A program made the position numbers and the translations under genes. A stretch of DNA of 38,415 nucleotides from a virus (taxonomy: Duplodnaviria > Caudoviricetes). The DNA lies in IMG/VR virus record IMGVR_UViG_3300029821_000151, positions 1 through 38,415 of that record; one strand, written 5' to 3'. Under the pieces are notes generated by a model. The model ran no database searches and was not told where the DNA came from. It was given only the letters and a program-made list of their open reading frames with translations. Shown piece by piece: positions 10,101-17,564 of this stretch; the stretch's first letter is position 1; each line of letters opens with the position of its first letter.

Positions 10101-10232
10101 CATAAGAGAATATCAGCAGAAATTGATGAATACTTATATGAACTCAAAAAGTTGACATTACCGCTACTTACATTTGCCAAAATTGATCAGATTATCAATG
10201 ATATAAAGACTGTTGCCTTACGACGTTACTAG
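7107..10232 (+). CDS. hsdR: Type I restriction endonuclease subunit R
   Basis: Nuclease motif RPDVVLFINGIPFAVIEFK; helicase motifs WHTQGSGKS, DESHR, FTGTP, LLTGFDAP, QAIARVNR. Confidence 0.97.
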   Translation: MNDNEYNELNISQKPALEVLEKLGYVLLPIEEAERNRGSKYAVLLRDILKAQLKKINEFEYRGKRNHFSDKNIEQAILDIDEALSDGLLKTNEKIYNTLLLGRSYPEVVSLEDGSRSFNLNFIDWSHPENNIFHVVEEFSVEREDGQGNVRPDVVLFINGIPFAVIEFKKASLTISQGISQMIRNQGQNYIPQLFKFVQIVMSANKNETQYATTGTPAKFWQTWKEEADSEENDWYKSEVERAIPDRIPTNQDQNIVSLFHPERVLDMIRFFTVFDKNDKKIARYQQYFAIKEIVKTINETDREGNRQSGVIWHTQGSGKSLTMVMLAKYLLSELASLHPQIVVVTDRIELDSQIHKTFNHSRVKAARANSGKHLVELIHKKSVDVITSLVHKFDTASKNHTIVKNKNVFVLVDESHRTQYGELHTKMKQVFPNACYLGFTGTPLMKDEKNTMSKFGRLIHKYTIKDGVDDKTIVPLLYEGRMVEQTVNRTAIDNRLEMITRNLNKKQAEMLKQKWSHFEKIASSEQRIRLIADDIYSHFSQFYKGTQFNAMLATNSKFDAIRYKEAFDEYGDIKTSVVISAPDMREGSDEVDGEPNDRVIKYWKKQMDSYGDPAKYEEHIKSEFVDGDEVEILIVVDKLLTGFDAPRASVLYVDKPIKEHTLLQAIARVNRIYEGKDFGLIVDYRGLLQPLDEALQMYSGAGLEKYDGKDIEGALVDVVSISGKLREAYSHLVSIFKEVKNKKDREEYELLLSDDHIREDFYNQLSLFGKYLVIAFESVHLYNALGEVEISQYKKDLKYYQELRATVKLRYSDSIDHKEYEVKMRNLMDTYIAAEEVIRISAPVDILNEKDFEEEMTKLGSSRAKADAIRTRMTQRIHEKYDENPSFYKKFSERIQEIIDEYKQKRISDAEYLQHMETIKNDFRRGYSGTTYPKKIKHNTHAQAFFGVIKDILSTEDFAKDMERDEDYNDLLADMSIQMNEIIDRNSKVDWHDNPDVHKRISAEIDEYLYELKKLTLPLLTFAKIDQIINDIKTVALRRY

Positions 10233-10970
10233 GTGAATGTAATGGAAAAGCATACTGTAACTATATCGAAAAATAAGAACATTGAATTTGAATTAGTAAG
10301 AAAAAAGGTCAAGAATATTAACTTAACCATTCGTCCTGATCTCTCAATTACAATCTCTGCAAATCCTGATGTTCCAATGGAGGTCATTCATGATTATGTA
10401 TCGAAAAAATCATTATGGCTAATGAACCGAATAGGTAAATATCAACAAACTAAAACAGAAAATACTATTAAACACGAGTATTTAAGTGGAGAATCATATA
10501 AATTCTTAGGAAAACAATATCGATTGTTGGTCGAGTTTACGACATCAACCGAACGAGTAATTCAGAATGATGGTTTCATCGTACTCTATGTCAGAGAAAA
10601 AAGGAAATCAGCAACGAAAGCAAGACTGATAGATGAATGGTATAGAAAGAATGCTGCAGAAGAATTTAAGCAGTCGTTAAATCGAATATATCCATTGGTC
10701 ACTGATGTTGTTGGTTTCGAACCAAAAATCGACTTCAAACTAATGAAAAAGAGATGGGGATCTTGTCTGAGATCTAAAAAGGCTGTTCTTCTTAATTTGG
10801 AGTTAATAAAAGCACCAAAATATTGTATTGACTATGTTATGTTACATGAATTAGTTCACTTCATTCATAAAGACCATGATTCTAAATTCTATGAGACATT
10901 GAGCGTATTGATGCCTGATTGGAAAGATAGAAAATCTATTCTTGATGAAGAAATCGTATTGTTTGTATAA
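10233..10970 (+). CDS. M48/YgjP-like (DUF45) zinc metalloprotein associated with hsdR
   Basis: RKKVKNINLTI, MKKRWGSC, IDYVMLHELVH (HExxH), HDSKFY. This family commonly follows hsdR. Confidence 0.9.
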   Translation: MNVMEKHTVTISKNKNIEFELVRKKVKNINLTIRPDLSITISANPDVPMEVIHDYVSKKSLWLMNRIGKYQQTKTENTIKHEYLSGESYKFLGKQYRLLVEFTTSTERVIQNDGFIVLYVREKRKSATKARLIDEWYRKNAAEEFKQSLNRIYPLVTDVVGFEPKIDFKLMKKRWGSCLRSKKAVLLNLELIKAPKYCIDYVMLHELVHFIHKDHDSKFYETLSVLMPDWKDRKSILDEEIVLFV

Positions 10971-10990
10971 TAAAATAAGGAGATAAGTTT

Positions 10991-11305
10991 ATGGGACTAT
11001 TTGGAAAAAGCGAACCAGAAAAATCTGTAGAAGAATTGATGCAGTCTTATGGTGGTAATTCTAATGTAGAAGAGCTTGAAACAAAATTGGTGAAAGAGTT
11101 ATCAGCAATATTTAACAGGAATAATATCAACTTAACCCAGAAGGAAACTATAGCAAAGGCAAAAGTTGATGAGTTTACTGACAATATTGTTGAATGTTTG
11201 CTAACAGACGAGACTGTGACAAAAGTGATTCGGGCTACCCCCAAAAATACTAATAGTATAGTAAAAAGCTTTGTGTTAATGTTTAGACCAAAGAAAAAAC
11301 AATGA
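10991..11305 (+). CDS. Hypothetical protein (104 aa)
   Basis: RBS AAGGAG, co-oriented and tightly packed after the M48 gene. No recognised motif. Confidence 0.7.
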   Translation: MGLFGKSEPEKSVEELMQSYGGNSNVEELETKLVKELSAIFNRNNINLTQKETIAKAKVDEFTDNIVECLLTDETVTKVIRATPKNTNSIVKSFVLMFRPKKKQ

Positions 11306-11850
11306 AAAAAAAGCCAATAGTGAAAGCGCTAGAATCAAGATTGAATAGGGAAAAGTTTCTTTCAGAATATTCTTTTTCACTAGCGATACTTTCTGTACCT
11401 TTCCTCGAGTGGATACGATCATTTTTGATTGGATCTGATCCTGAAGAACAGTTGTTCTTCGATAATTTTATATTTGTTGCGTATGTTGTCATGGTTCTTC
11501 CTATTGCGATTAGAGGAATAGCTACTTTTTTCAATTGGATAAAACCGAATAACTTACCAGTGTATTTATCGAAAAGACAGATGAGAACTTTGGAAACATA
11601 CAAGTTAACGACTGGTGATTTAATTTCTAATGTTGAAATGAAAGAACAAGCTCTTCAAACACTATATTTATACGCTATGAATAATTTGATGTGGTTCCAC
11701 TATATTCTAATTGGAATGTTTGCTATAACTACTGTTGCTTTAAACTTATTATTCTCAATTCCCATCACATTATTCAATGCTATCCCATCACTTATGCTGT
11801 TAATATACAAAGTATTTCGAATCGAAATTAAGAAAAGAAGAGTTAGCTAG
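11302..11850 (+). CDS. Hypothetical multi-pass membrane protein
   Basis: Three to four hydrophobic segments; ATGA overlap with the previous gene. Confidence 0.75.
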   Translation: MKKKPIVKALESRLNREKFLSEYSFSLAILSVPFLEWIRSFLIGSDPEEQLFFDNFIFVAYVVMVLPIAIRGIATFFNWIKPNNLPVYLSKRQMRTLETYKLTTGDLISNVEMKEQALQTLYLYAMNNLMWFHYILIGMFAITTVALNLLFSIPITLFNAIPSLMLLIYKVFRIEIKKRRVS

Positions 11851-11952
11851 GATTGCATTACTGATAATACTTGTGAACAGTAATGCCAACTATAAGGCAA
11901 GATAATAACAAGTATAGCTAAAGTAGTTGTCAACTATGCTTCAAGTGATATT
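11842..11952. repeat. Non-coding element copy B: palindromic head plus seven phased units (11-bp period)
   Basis: Perfect inverted repeat GCATTACTG (11855-11863) / CAGTAATGC (11878-11886). VAA cores at 11875, 11887, 11898, 11909, 11920, 11931, 11942. Ungapped offset of 9582 from copy A. Confidence 0.85.
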
Positions 11953-11983
11953 GCAAAAAACTGAATAATTTGGTTTACAAAGG

Positions 11984-11992
11984 TGTTATAAT
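11984..11992 (+). promoter_or_regulatory. Extended -10 promoter
   Basis: TGTTATAAT upstream of RBS AGGAGG and ATG 12057. Confidence 0.55.
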
Positions 11993-12056
11993 TATATTGT
12001 TATAGCACCTTTTTCGTGGATTTTTGGCATTTGATTAGATAAATAGGAGGGCACAA

Positions 12057-12971
12057 ATGATATTTATAAATAAGAATGGTAGCTTAGATAAAATAAAGGA
12101 AGTTGATTTCAAACTTGAGAAAGAAATGCAAAGCCTAGTGGAACATAACCTTAACTCTCTATTTAGTCTTAAATTTCTTACGACAGAGTTTTCTATTGAA
12201 CGCTATAGATTTGATACTGTAGCATTTAATGAAGAAACGAATTCATTTGTAATACTCGAATATAAGCGTGGTAGAAATGAAAGTTTAGTTGACCAAGGAT
12301 ATGCATATTTATCTACCTTGTTAAATCATAAAGCTGATTTTGTTCTTTTATATAATGAATGTTTTGGACAATCCAAGAGTATTAAGGATTTTGATTGGAC
12401 CCAAACAAGAATATATTTCGTTTCAACTCAGTTTACGGATTATCAAAAGAATGCAACTGATTTTTCTAATATGCCTTTTGTATTATATGTGATTAAACAG
12501 TATGCAAATGGTGTGTTTCTAGTTGAAGAGATAGAAAAAATCAGATCTACTAAACATGAAATGATCTCGTTTGGGGATGAGCAAAATTCTGAAATTACTA
12601 AGGTAAAGAAAGAAATTATTGTTTACACAGAAGACACTGTATTGGAAAATGGTACAGAAAGAACAAAAGAATTATACGAAAACTTGAAATTACGTATTTT
12701 AGAACTTGGTCATGTCACGATTGTACCTAGAAAACTATATATAGCATTTATAGGACGTAAACACATTTGTGACATCGAAGTTCAAAAAAAGAAACTTATA
12801 GTAACAATTAATATTAAACAAGGCGATTTGAAGGATCCCACAGGAGTCGCTACTGATGTATCGGCAATTGGTCACTGGGGAAACGGAGATTATCAAGTAC
12901 TAGTATCAGAAGATGAGATTCTTGACTACCTTATGACTTTGATTAGACAATCCTATAAACTTAATTCATAA
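12057..12971 (+). CDS. PD-(D/E)XK nuclease-like domain fused to a DUF5655-like C-terminal domain
   Basis: LEKEMQSLVEHNL...TEF...RFDTVAF...VILEYKR...VDQGYAY (NucS-like); C-terminus PRKLYIAF...DVSAIGHWGNGDYQV...LIRQSY. Confidence 0.8.
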   Translation: MIFINKNGSLDKIKEVDFKLEKEMQSLVEHNLNSLFSLKFLTTEFSIERYRFDTVAFNEETNSFVILEYKRGRNESLVDQGYAYLSTLLNHKADFVLLYNECFGQSKSIKDFDWTQTRIYFVSTQFTDYQKNATDFSNMPFVLYVIKQYANGVFLVEEIEKIRSTKHEMISFGDEQNSEITKVKKEIIVYTEDTVLENGTERTKELYENLKLRILELGHVTIVPRKLYIAFIGRKHICDIEVQKKKLIVTINIKQGDLKDPTGVATDVSAIGHWGNGDYQVLVSEDEILDYLMTLIRQSYKLNS

Positions 12972-13012
12972 GTATTGCATTATTTAAACAATCATATTGT
13001 GCCACTGGCATG

Positions 13013-13041
13013 TAGACAAAAATTGACATATTTCATATACT
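13013..13041 (+). promoter_or_regulatory. Putative promoter upstream of the packaging-proximal operon
   Basis: TAGACA, 17-nt spacer, TATACT. Confidence 0.5.
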
Positions 13042-13085
13042 ACAATTAGCGTGGAATACTGGCTTTAGATGAAGCCTAGAAGTGA

Positions 13086-13118
13086 GAGACTCTCAAATTT
13101 GAGGGTTTCTTTTCTTTT
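13086..13118 (+). terminator. Intrinsic terminator-like hairpin
   Basis: GAGACTCTCA-AATT-TGAGGGTTTC followed by TTTTCTTTT. Confidence 0.6.
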
Positions 13119-13199
13119 GCAGAAAAATATGTAGTATTCAACCCTTGGATAACTTCAGTTTTTGATAAATTTACTGAACCCTGAAAGGTTGGAATCGAT

Positions 13200-13718
13200 G
13201 TGCCAAAGGTACTGGATACATATCAGCAATGGGAGGCTGATGGAGTACTTGATGAACGAATAAAGAGTATTCAAGACATGGTTGCTAGGCGGATTATCCA
13301 AAAGGATATCGCTAAAGCCATGAACCTAAGTGAGAACACACTCATTAAATTGAAGCGATCTCATCCCAGATTAAATCAAGCGTTTATCAATGGGGATGAT
13401 GAACTTAAGTATAAGCTCATGGATGCATTGTTCCAACGAGCTGTCGGTATGGAGTATGAAGAAGTGCAAACCATCATTGAAGAAACATCATCGGGTACAA
13501 AGAAGCGACTTGTTAAAACCAAGAAGAAAGCACTGCCCGATTTTAATTCACTCAAATACTTATTAATAATCAAGTTCGGACGTGAATACAACGAACGTAA
13601 AGAAGAAATTGACATCATGCTGAAACGCATAGAAAAAGGCGAGGAAACTTGGATTAATGAACATAGTGATGAAGAAACCCTCGGAGTTGTTAATATACGA
13701 AAACAACCCAAGAAATAA
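13200..13718 (+). CDS. Phage HTH protein resembling small terminase-like proteins
   Basis: HTH QKDIAKAMNLSENTLIKLK, then LMDALFQRAVGMEYEEVQT...KKKALPD, a pattern seen in phage proteins often annotated as terminase small subunit. Confidence 0.6.
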   Translation: MPKVLDTYQQWEADGVLDERIKSIQDMVARRIIQKDIAKAMNLSENTLIKLKRSHPRLNQAFINGDDELKYKLMDALFQRAVGMEYEEVQTIIEETSSGTKKRLVKTKKKALPDFNSLKYLLIIKFGREYNERKEEIDIMLKRIEKGEETWINEHSDEETLGVVNIRKQPKK

Positions 13719-14868
13719 TGATGCTGCAGTTGATGCTGTAGCTAACAGTATCAAAGAGTTCGGATTCAAGGTTCCGATAGTGATCACTAAGGATCTAGTT
13801 ATCATTGCTGGCCACACAAGGCTCAAAGCAAGCCTCAAACTAGGATTAGCGAGTGTTCCTTGCACTGTTGCTGATGACCTCACAGAAGGGCAAATTAAGG
13901 CCTTTCGTTTGGCAGATAACAAGACAGCTGAACTTGCTACCTGGGATTTCAGTAAACTAGAAGCAGAACTCTCGAATATTGATATTGATATGCTTCAGTT
14001 CGGGTTTGAAGAGTTAGAATCAGATATTCCAGATAATGCTAGTGATGATGACTTTGATCCTTCTGATGAAATTAGTGAAACACCCTATTCTGAATTAGGA
14101 GATATCTATTTATTGGGTAATCACCGAGTCATGTGTGGCGATTCAACAAAGAAACAAGATGTTCAAAGACTCCTGGATGGACAAAAGATTGATATGATCT
14201 TCACCGATCCACCATACAATGTGGACTATGAAGGCACAGCTGGGAAGATTAAGAATGACAAGATGGAAGATAACAGCTTCTATCTTTTTTTATATCATGC
14301 ATTTACAAATATGTTTGAAGCAACAAAACCTGGTGGAGCAATCTATGTGTGCCATGCAGATACTGAAGGTATAAACTTTAGGAATGCATTCAAAAATGCC
14401 GGGTTCAAGTTGGCGGAGTGCTTAGTCTGGGTTAAAAATGCACTCGTACTTGGTAGACAAGATTATCACTGGCGACATGAACCTATCCTTTATGGATGGA
14501 AGGAAGGTGCAGCGCATTACTTTATTGATGACCGCACACAAGATACCATCTGGGAATATAACAAGCCAAAACGTAATGATGACCATCCAACAATGAAACC
14601 TCTTGAACTCTGTGGTCGAGCGATTGCAAACTCCTCAAGGGTTAATGAATACGTACTCGATTTATTCGGTGGTTCTGGATCAACTATGATCGCATCTGAT
14701 CAGCTTCAAAGAAAGTCTTATTTGATGGAACTCGATGAAAGATTCGTCGATGTGATTGTTAAACGCTATATAAGACACAAAGGATCAAGTGACAATTGCT
14801 ATCTGAACCGAAAGGGTAAGAAGCTATCACTCAATACAATTGATGAATTTCAAAATTTATCACTATAG
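13657..14868 (+). CDS. ParB-like N-terminal domain fused to an N6/N4 DNA methyltransferase
   Basis: YENNPRNND...SIKEFGFKVPI...IAGHTRLKA...LADNKTAE (ParB-N); FTDPPYNV (motif IV), HPTMKP, LDLFGGSGST (motif I). Confidence 0.95.
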   Translation: MNIVMKKPSELLIYENNPRNNDAAVDAVANSIKEFGFKVPIVITKDLVIIAGHTRLKASLKLGLASVPCTVADDLTEGQIKAFRLADNKTAELATWDFSKLEAELSNIDIDMLQFGFEELESDIPDNASDDDFDPSDEISETPYSELGDIYLLGNHRVMCGDSTKKQDVQRLLDGQKIDMIFTDPPYNVDYEGTAGKIKNDKMEDNSFYLFLYHAFTNMFEATKPGGAIYVCHADTEGINFRNAFKNAGFKLAECLVWVKNALVLGRQDYHWRHEPILYGWKEGAAHYFIDDRTQDTIWEYNKPKRNDDHPTMKPLELCGRAIANSSRVNEYVLDLFGGSGSTMIASDQLQRKSYLMELDERFVDVIVKRYIRHKGSSDNCYLNRKGKKLSLNTIDEFQNLSL

Positions 14869-14886
14869 TAAGCATTTAGTGTCGAA

Positions 14887-14914
14887 TTGACTTGATATAA
14901 AAGGTCTTTAGAGT
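14887..14914 (+). promoter_or_regulatory. Putative promoter of the 3-gene cassette
   Basis: TTGACT, 16-nt spacer, TAGAGT in the intergenic gap; imperfect consensus. Confidence 0.4.
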
Positions 14915-14954
14915 GATATATATACATACCAAAAGGTAGAAAGTAGGTCACATT

Positions 14955-15383
14955 ATGGATAAACAAATCAAGTTGTCAGAATGGATTCAAAGATTTAAGT
15001 CGGGTGAGTTCGATAAACCTGATACAACAACCCAAATCAATGCAGGTTGGTTCGATTGGTTTTGTAGAGATACAAGCCTAGCAAACAAAACAAAGAAGAT
15101 GGGTAACATCATCAAGCAAACTAAATCTGGTGGAAAGGTAGACCTTGAGACAAGTTATGTATGGTTCAAGAACAACTGCCCACTCAATGGTCCACTCTAC
15201 GATGATTTCAGAATCGCAGATATTGAAAACAACAATAATTTATTCGTTGTTCAAATCGATTGCGTATGGAACGATTCCAAGTATACAGTCTTTGAAAGAC
15301 TTGATGGGTTTGAAAAACCAGTGTTTCAAACAGAATCATCCAGAGAACTGGTGAAGTGGTTCAATAAAGGTTGGTCAAAGTAA
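14955..15383 (+). CDS. Hypothetical phage protein
   Basis: 142-aa ORF with RBS; aromatic/Cys motifs AGWFDWFC and WFKNNCPLNGPLYDDFRI. Function unknown. Confidence 0.75.
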   Translation: MDKQIKLSEWIQRFKSGEFDKPDTTTQINAGWFDWFCRDTSLANKTKKMGNIIKQTKSGGKVDLETSYVWFKNNCPLNGPLYDDFRIADIENNNNLFVVQIDCVWNDSKYTVFERLDGFEKPVFQTESSRELVKWFNKGWSK

Positions 15384-15757
15384 TGTTTCAAGAATACAAT
15401 GCACATCCAAAAGGAATCAAAACAACAGATTGTGTGGTAAGAGCAATCAGTACCGCCATGAATAAAGACTACATGGAATGCAGACGAGAACTCAATCAAC
15501 TCAAACGAGAGTGGAAGTTCACAAGCTATAAAGACACAGAATTCTTATACAAATACTTCGAAGGAAAACCAAGGTTGATATTTAAAGCAATCAAGGGAGA
15601 ACCTCGAATCAAGGGTTCCACTTTTACCGGTCTCTATACGCGCGGGACATATGTTTTGAAGATGACCGGCCATGTTACAGTATGTAAAGATGGCGTTATT
15701 CTTGATACTTGGGATTGCACTTACCGAAGTGTCTATACCGCTTGGAAAATCGACTAG
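15383..15757 (+). CDS. Small phage protein with a possible papain-like Cys-His-Asp triad
   Basis: DCVVRAISTA...GHVTVCKDGVILDTWDC; ATG overlaps the upstream stop (TAATG). Confidence 0.65.
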   Translation: MFQEYNAHPKGIKTTDCVVRAISTAMNKDYMECRRELNQLKREWKFTSYKDTEFLYKYFEGKPRLIFKAIKGEPRIKGSTFTGLYTRGTYVLKMTGHVTVCKDGVILDTWDCTYRSVYTAWKID

Positions 15758-15769
15758 AAGGACAACAAT

Positions 15770-16066
15770 ATGAAAACTAATTTTATACGCAAAGCAACAT
15801 CAACAGAACTCATTCCTCATGATGAGTTTGTTATCGAAAAACTAGTAGTCATCGATAAAGACTTATTCGAATGTTTTATCAAGGATCCACTGAACGACTA
15901 CGATTTCATAAAAGAGAATCTTGAGCATATGTATTGTGACCAAGATGAGGTATTTCACTGTATCTTCGTGACATCTAATTCACATGACTTTGGTATCCTG
16001 GTCGAAAGTGAAGGATATCATTATGCAAGGTACACTGCATACTTACCAAAAGCAGCAATAAAATAA
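15770..16066 (+). CDS. DUF6329-like protein
   Basis: FVIEKLVVI...DYDFIKEN...HCIFV...GILVESEGYHYARYTAY signature; RBS AAGGA. Confidence 0.75.
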   Translation: MKTNFIRKATSTELIPHDEFVIEKLVVIDKDLFECFIKDPLNDYDFIKENLEHMYCDQDEVFHCIFVTSNSHDFGILVESEGYHYARYTAYLPKAAIK

Positions 16067-16090
16067 CACATTCAAATCAACGCAAACCAG

Positions 16091-16112
16091 GGAAGCTCAA
16101 GGCTTCCTTTTT
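16091..16112 (+). terminator. Intrinsic terminator closing the 3-gene cassette
   Basis: GGAAGC-TCAAG-GCTTCC followed by TTTTT. Confidence 0.6.
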
Positions 16113-16133
16113 CTTGCTAGAAAAGAGGACAAC

Positions 16134-17273
16134 ATGAAAATCATAACAAGTGAATCGGTCTTTAGTGGACATCCGGATAAAATTTGTGACCAAATCAGTG
16201 ATGCAATACTGGATGCGATTCTAGAACAAGACCAATCAGCAAGAGTAGCGGTGGAAACAGCTATAAAGGATGATTTAGTCGTAATCTTTGGTGAGGTAAC
16301 AACTATTGCAAACGTTCAATACTCAGATATTGCAAAACAAGTACTCAAGGACATTGGATATAAAGATGAGTTTTGTGTCCTAGAAAAGATATCTAAGCAA
16401 TCTCCAGATATTGCACAAGGCGTCAATGAAACTCTAGATCATCAGCAAGGTGCAGGTGATCAAGGCATGATGTATGGCTTTGCATGTAATGAAACTCCTG
16501 AGCTCATGCCACTACCAATTATAGTTGCACATGAGATTGCTAAAGAAGTAGATGCACTTAGGAAAGCTAAGTACAACCACATCTTTGGTCCAGATGGTAA
16601 GTGTCAAGTGTCGGTAAGATATGTTGACGGACAACCATTCGCATATGATACGATAATCGTTTCAGCTCAAACAAGACCAGGAGCAAGCCTATCACTCGCA
16701 AAAGAAATCATCATTGAAGAAGTACTCAAACCATTGATTGGTAAGGATCTAACTAATATCAATGTTCTCATCAATCCAACCGGAGCATTCGTCATTGGTG
16801 GTCCTTATGGTGATTCTGGATTAACTGGTAGAAAGATAATCGTAGACACTTATGGCGGATACGCAAAACATGGTGGTGGAGCTTTCTCAGGTAAGGACAT
16901 AAGCAAGGTTGATCGCAGTGCGAGTTATTATGCCAGATTCGTAGCAAAAGCCCTTGTGGAGGCAGAATTGGCCGACACGTGCGAAGTCTGTGTGTCCTAC
17001 TCAATTGGAGTAGCAAATCCAGTTGCAGTATCGATTGATACCTTTGGTACTGGGAGGTTATCTGATGAACAACTTCTTGAACTTGTTAAACAACACTTTG
17101 ATTTCAAACCAGCTAACATAAGAAAAGAACTAGAATTCGATAAAGTGAAGTTCAAGGAGTTAGCTGCTTATGGACATATGGGTCGTGAAGATTTACCAGT
17201 TCGATGGGAACATGTAGAAACTAAAGCAGCTGAACTGAAACAAGCCTATGAAAAAACCAAAGGTTCTACATAA
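16134..17273 (+). CDS. metK: S-adenosylmethionine synthetase (methionine adenosyltransferase)
   Basis: TSESVFSGHPDKICDQISDAILD, GAGDQG, PDGK, DSGLTGRKIIVDTYGG, GGGAFSGKD, AAYGHMGR. Confidence 0.97.
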   Translation: MKIITSESVFSGHPDKICDQISDAILDAILEQDQSARVAVETAIKDDLVVIFGEVTTIANVQYSDIAKQVLKDIGYKDEFCVLEKISKQSPDIAQGVNETLDHQQGAGDQGMMYGFACNETPELMPLPIIVAHEIAKEVDALRKAKYNHIFGPDGKCQVSVRYVDGQPFAYDTIIVSAQTRPGASLSLAKEIIIEEVLKPLIGKDLTNINVLINPTGAFVIGGPYGDSGLTGRKIIVDTYGGYAKHGGGAFSGKDISKVDRSASYYARFVAKALVEAELADTCEVCVSYSIGVANPVAVSIDTFGTGRLSDEQLLELVKQHFDFKPANIRKELEFDKVKFKELAAYGHMGREDLPVRWEHVETKAAELKQAYEKTKGST

Positions 17274-17532
17274 TTTCTACAAATCACCTGCATGGCTTTC
17301 AGCTCGTGAACTCAAGATAGTCTCAGTCAATAGTCTTTGTGAACGATGTGGACAGATTGGAATCGAAGTTCATCACAAAGAAAGATTAACCATTGAGAAT
17401 GTTAATGACTCATCTATTAGCCTGAATCAAGATAACTTGGAGTTGCTTTGCAGGGATTGTCATAACCAAGAGCATGAACGTTTCAGTAAAAAAGTTAGAT
17501 TTGATAAAGAGGGTAATTTGCTGAGGAGTTAA
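17248..17532 (+). CDS. Phage HNH endonuclease (terminase-associated type)
   Basis: FYKSPAW...CERCG...EVHH...NLELLCRDCHNQEH, located upstream of the terminase genes. Confidence 0.92.
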   Translation: MKKPKVLHNFYKSPAWLSARELKIVSVNSLCERCGQIGIEVHHKERLTIENVNDSSISLNQDNLELLCRDCHNQEHERFSKKVRFDKEGNLLRS

Positions 17533-17543
17533 ATATCCATTCA

Positions 17544-17552
17544 TGTTATAAT
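17544..17552 (+). promoter_or_regulatory. Extended -10 promoter of the moron gene
   Basis: TGTTATAAT just upstream of the ORF at 17565. Confidence 0.45.
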
Positions 17553-17564
17553 AACCGTTGAAAG

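Noticed and set aside
16067-16133. SAM riboswitch upstream of metK
   Set aside because: The gap is only 67 nt, holds one simple terminator hairpin and lacks recognisable SAM-I or SMK box sequences.
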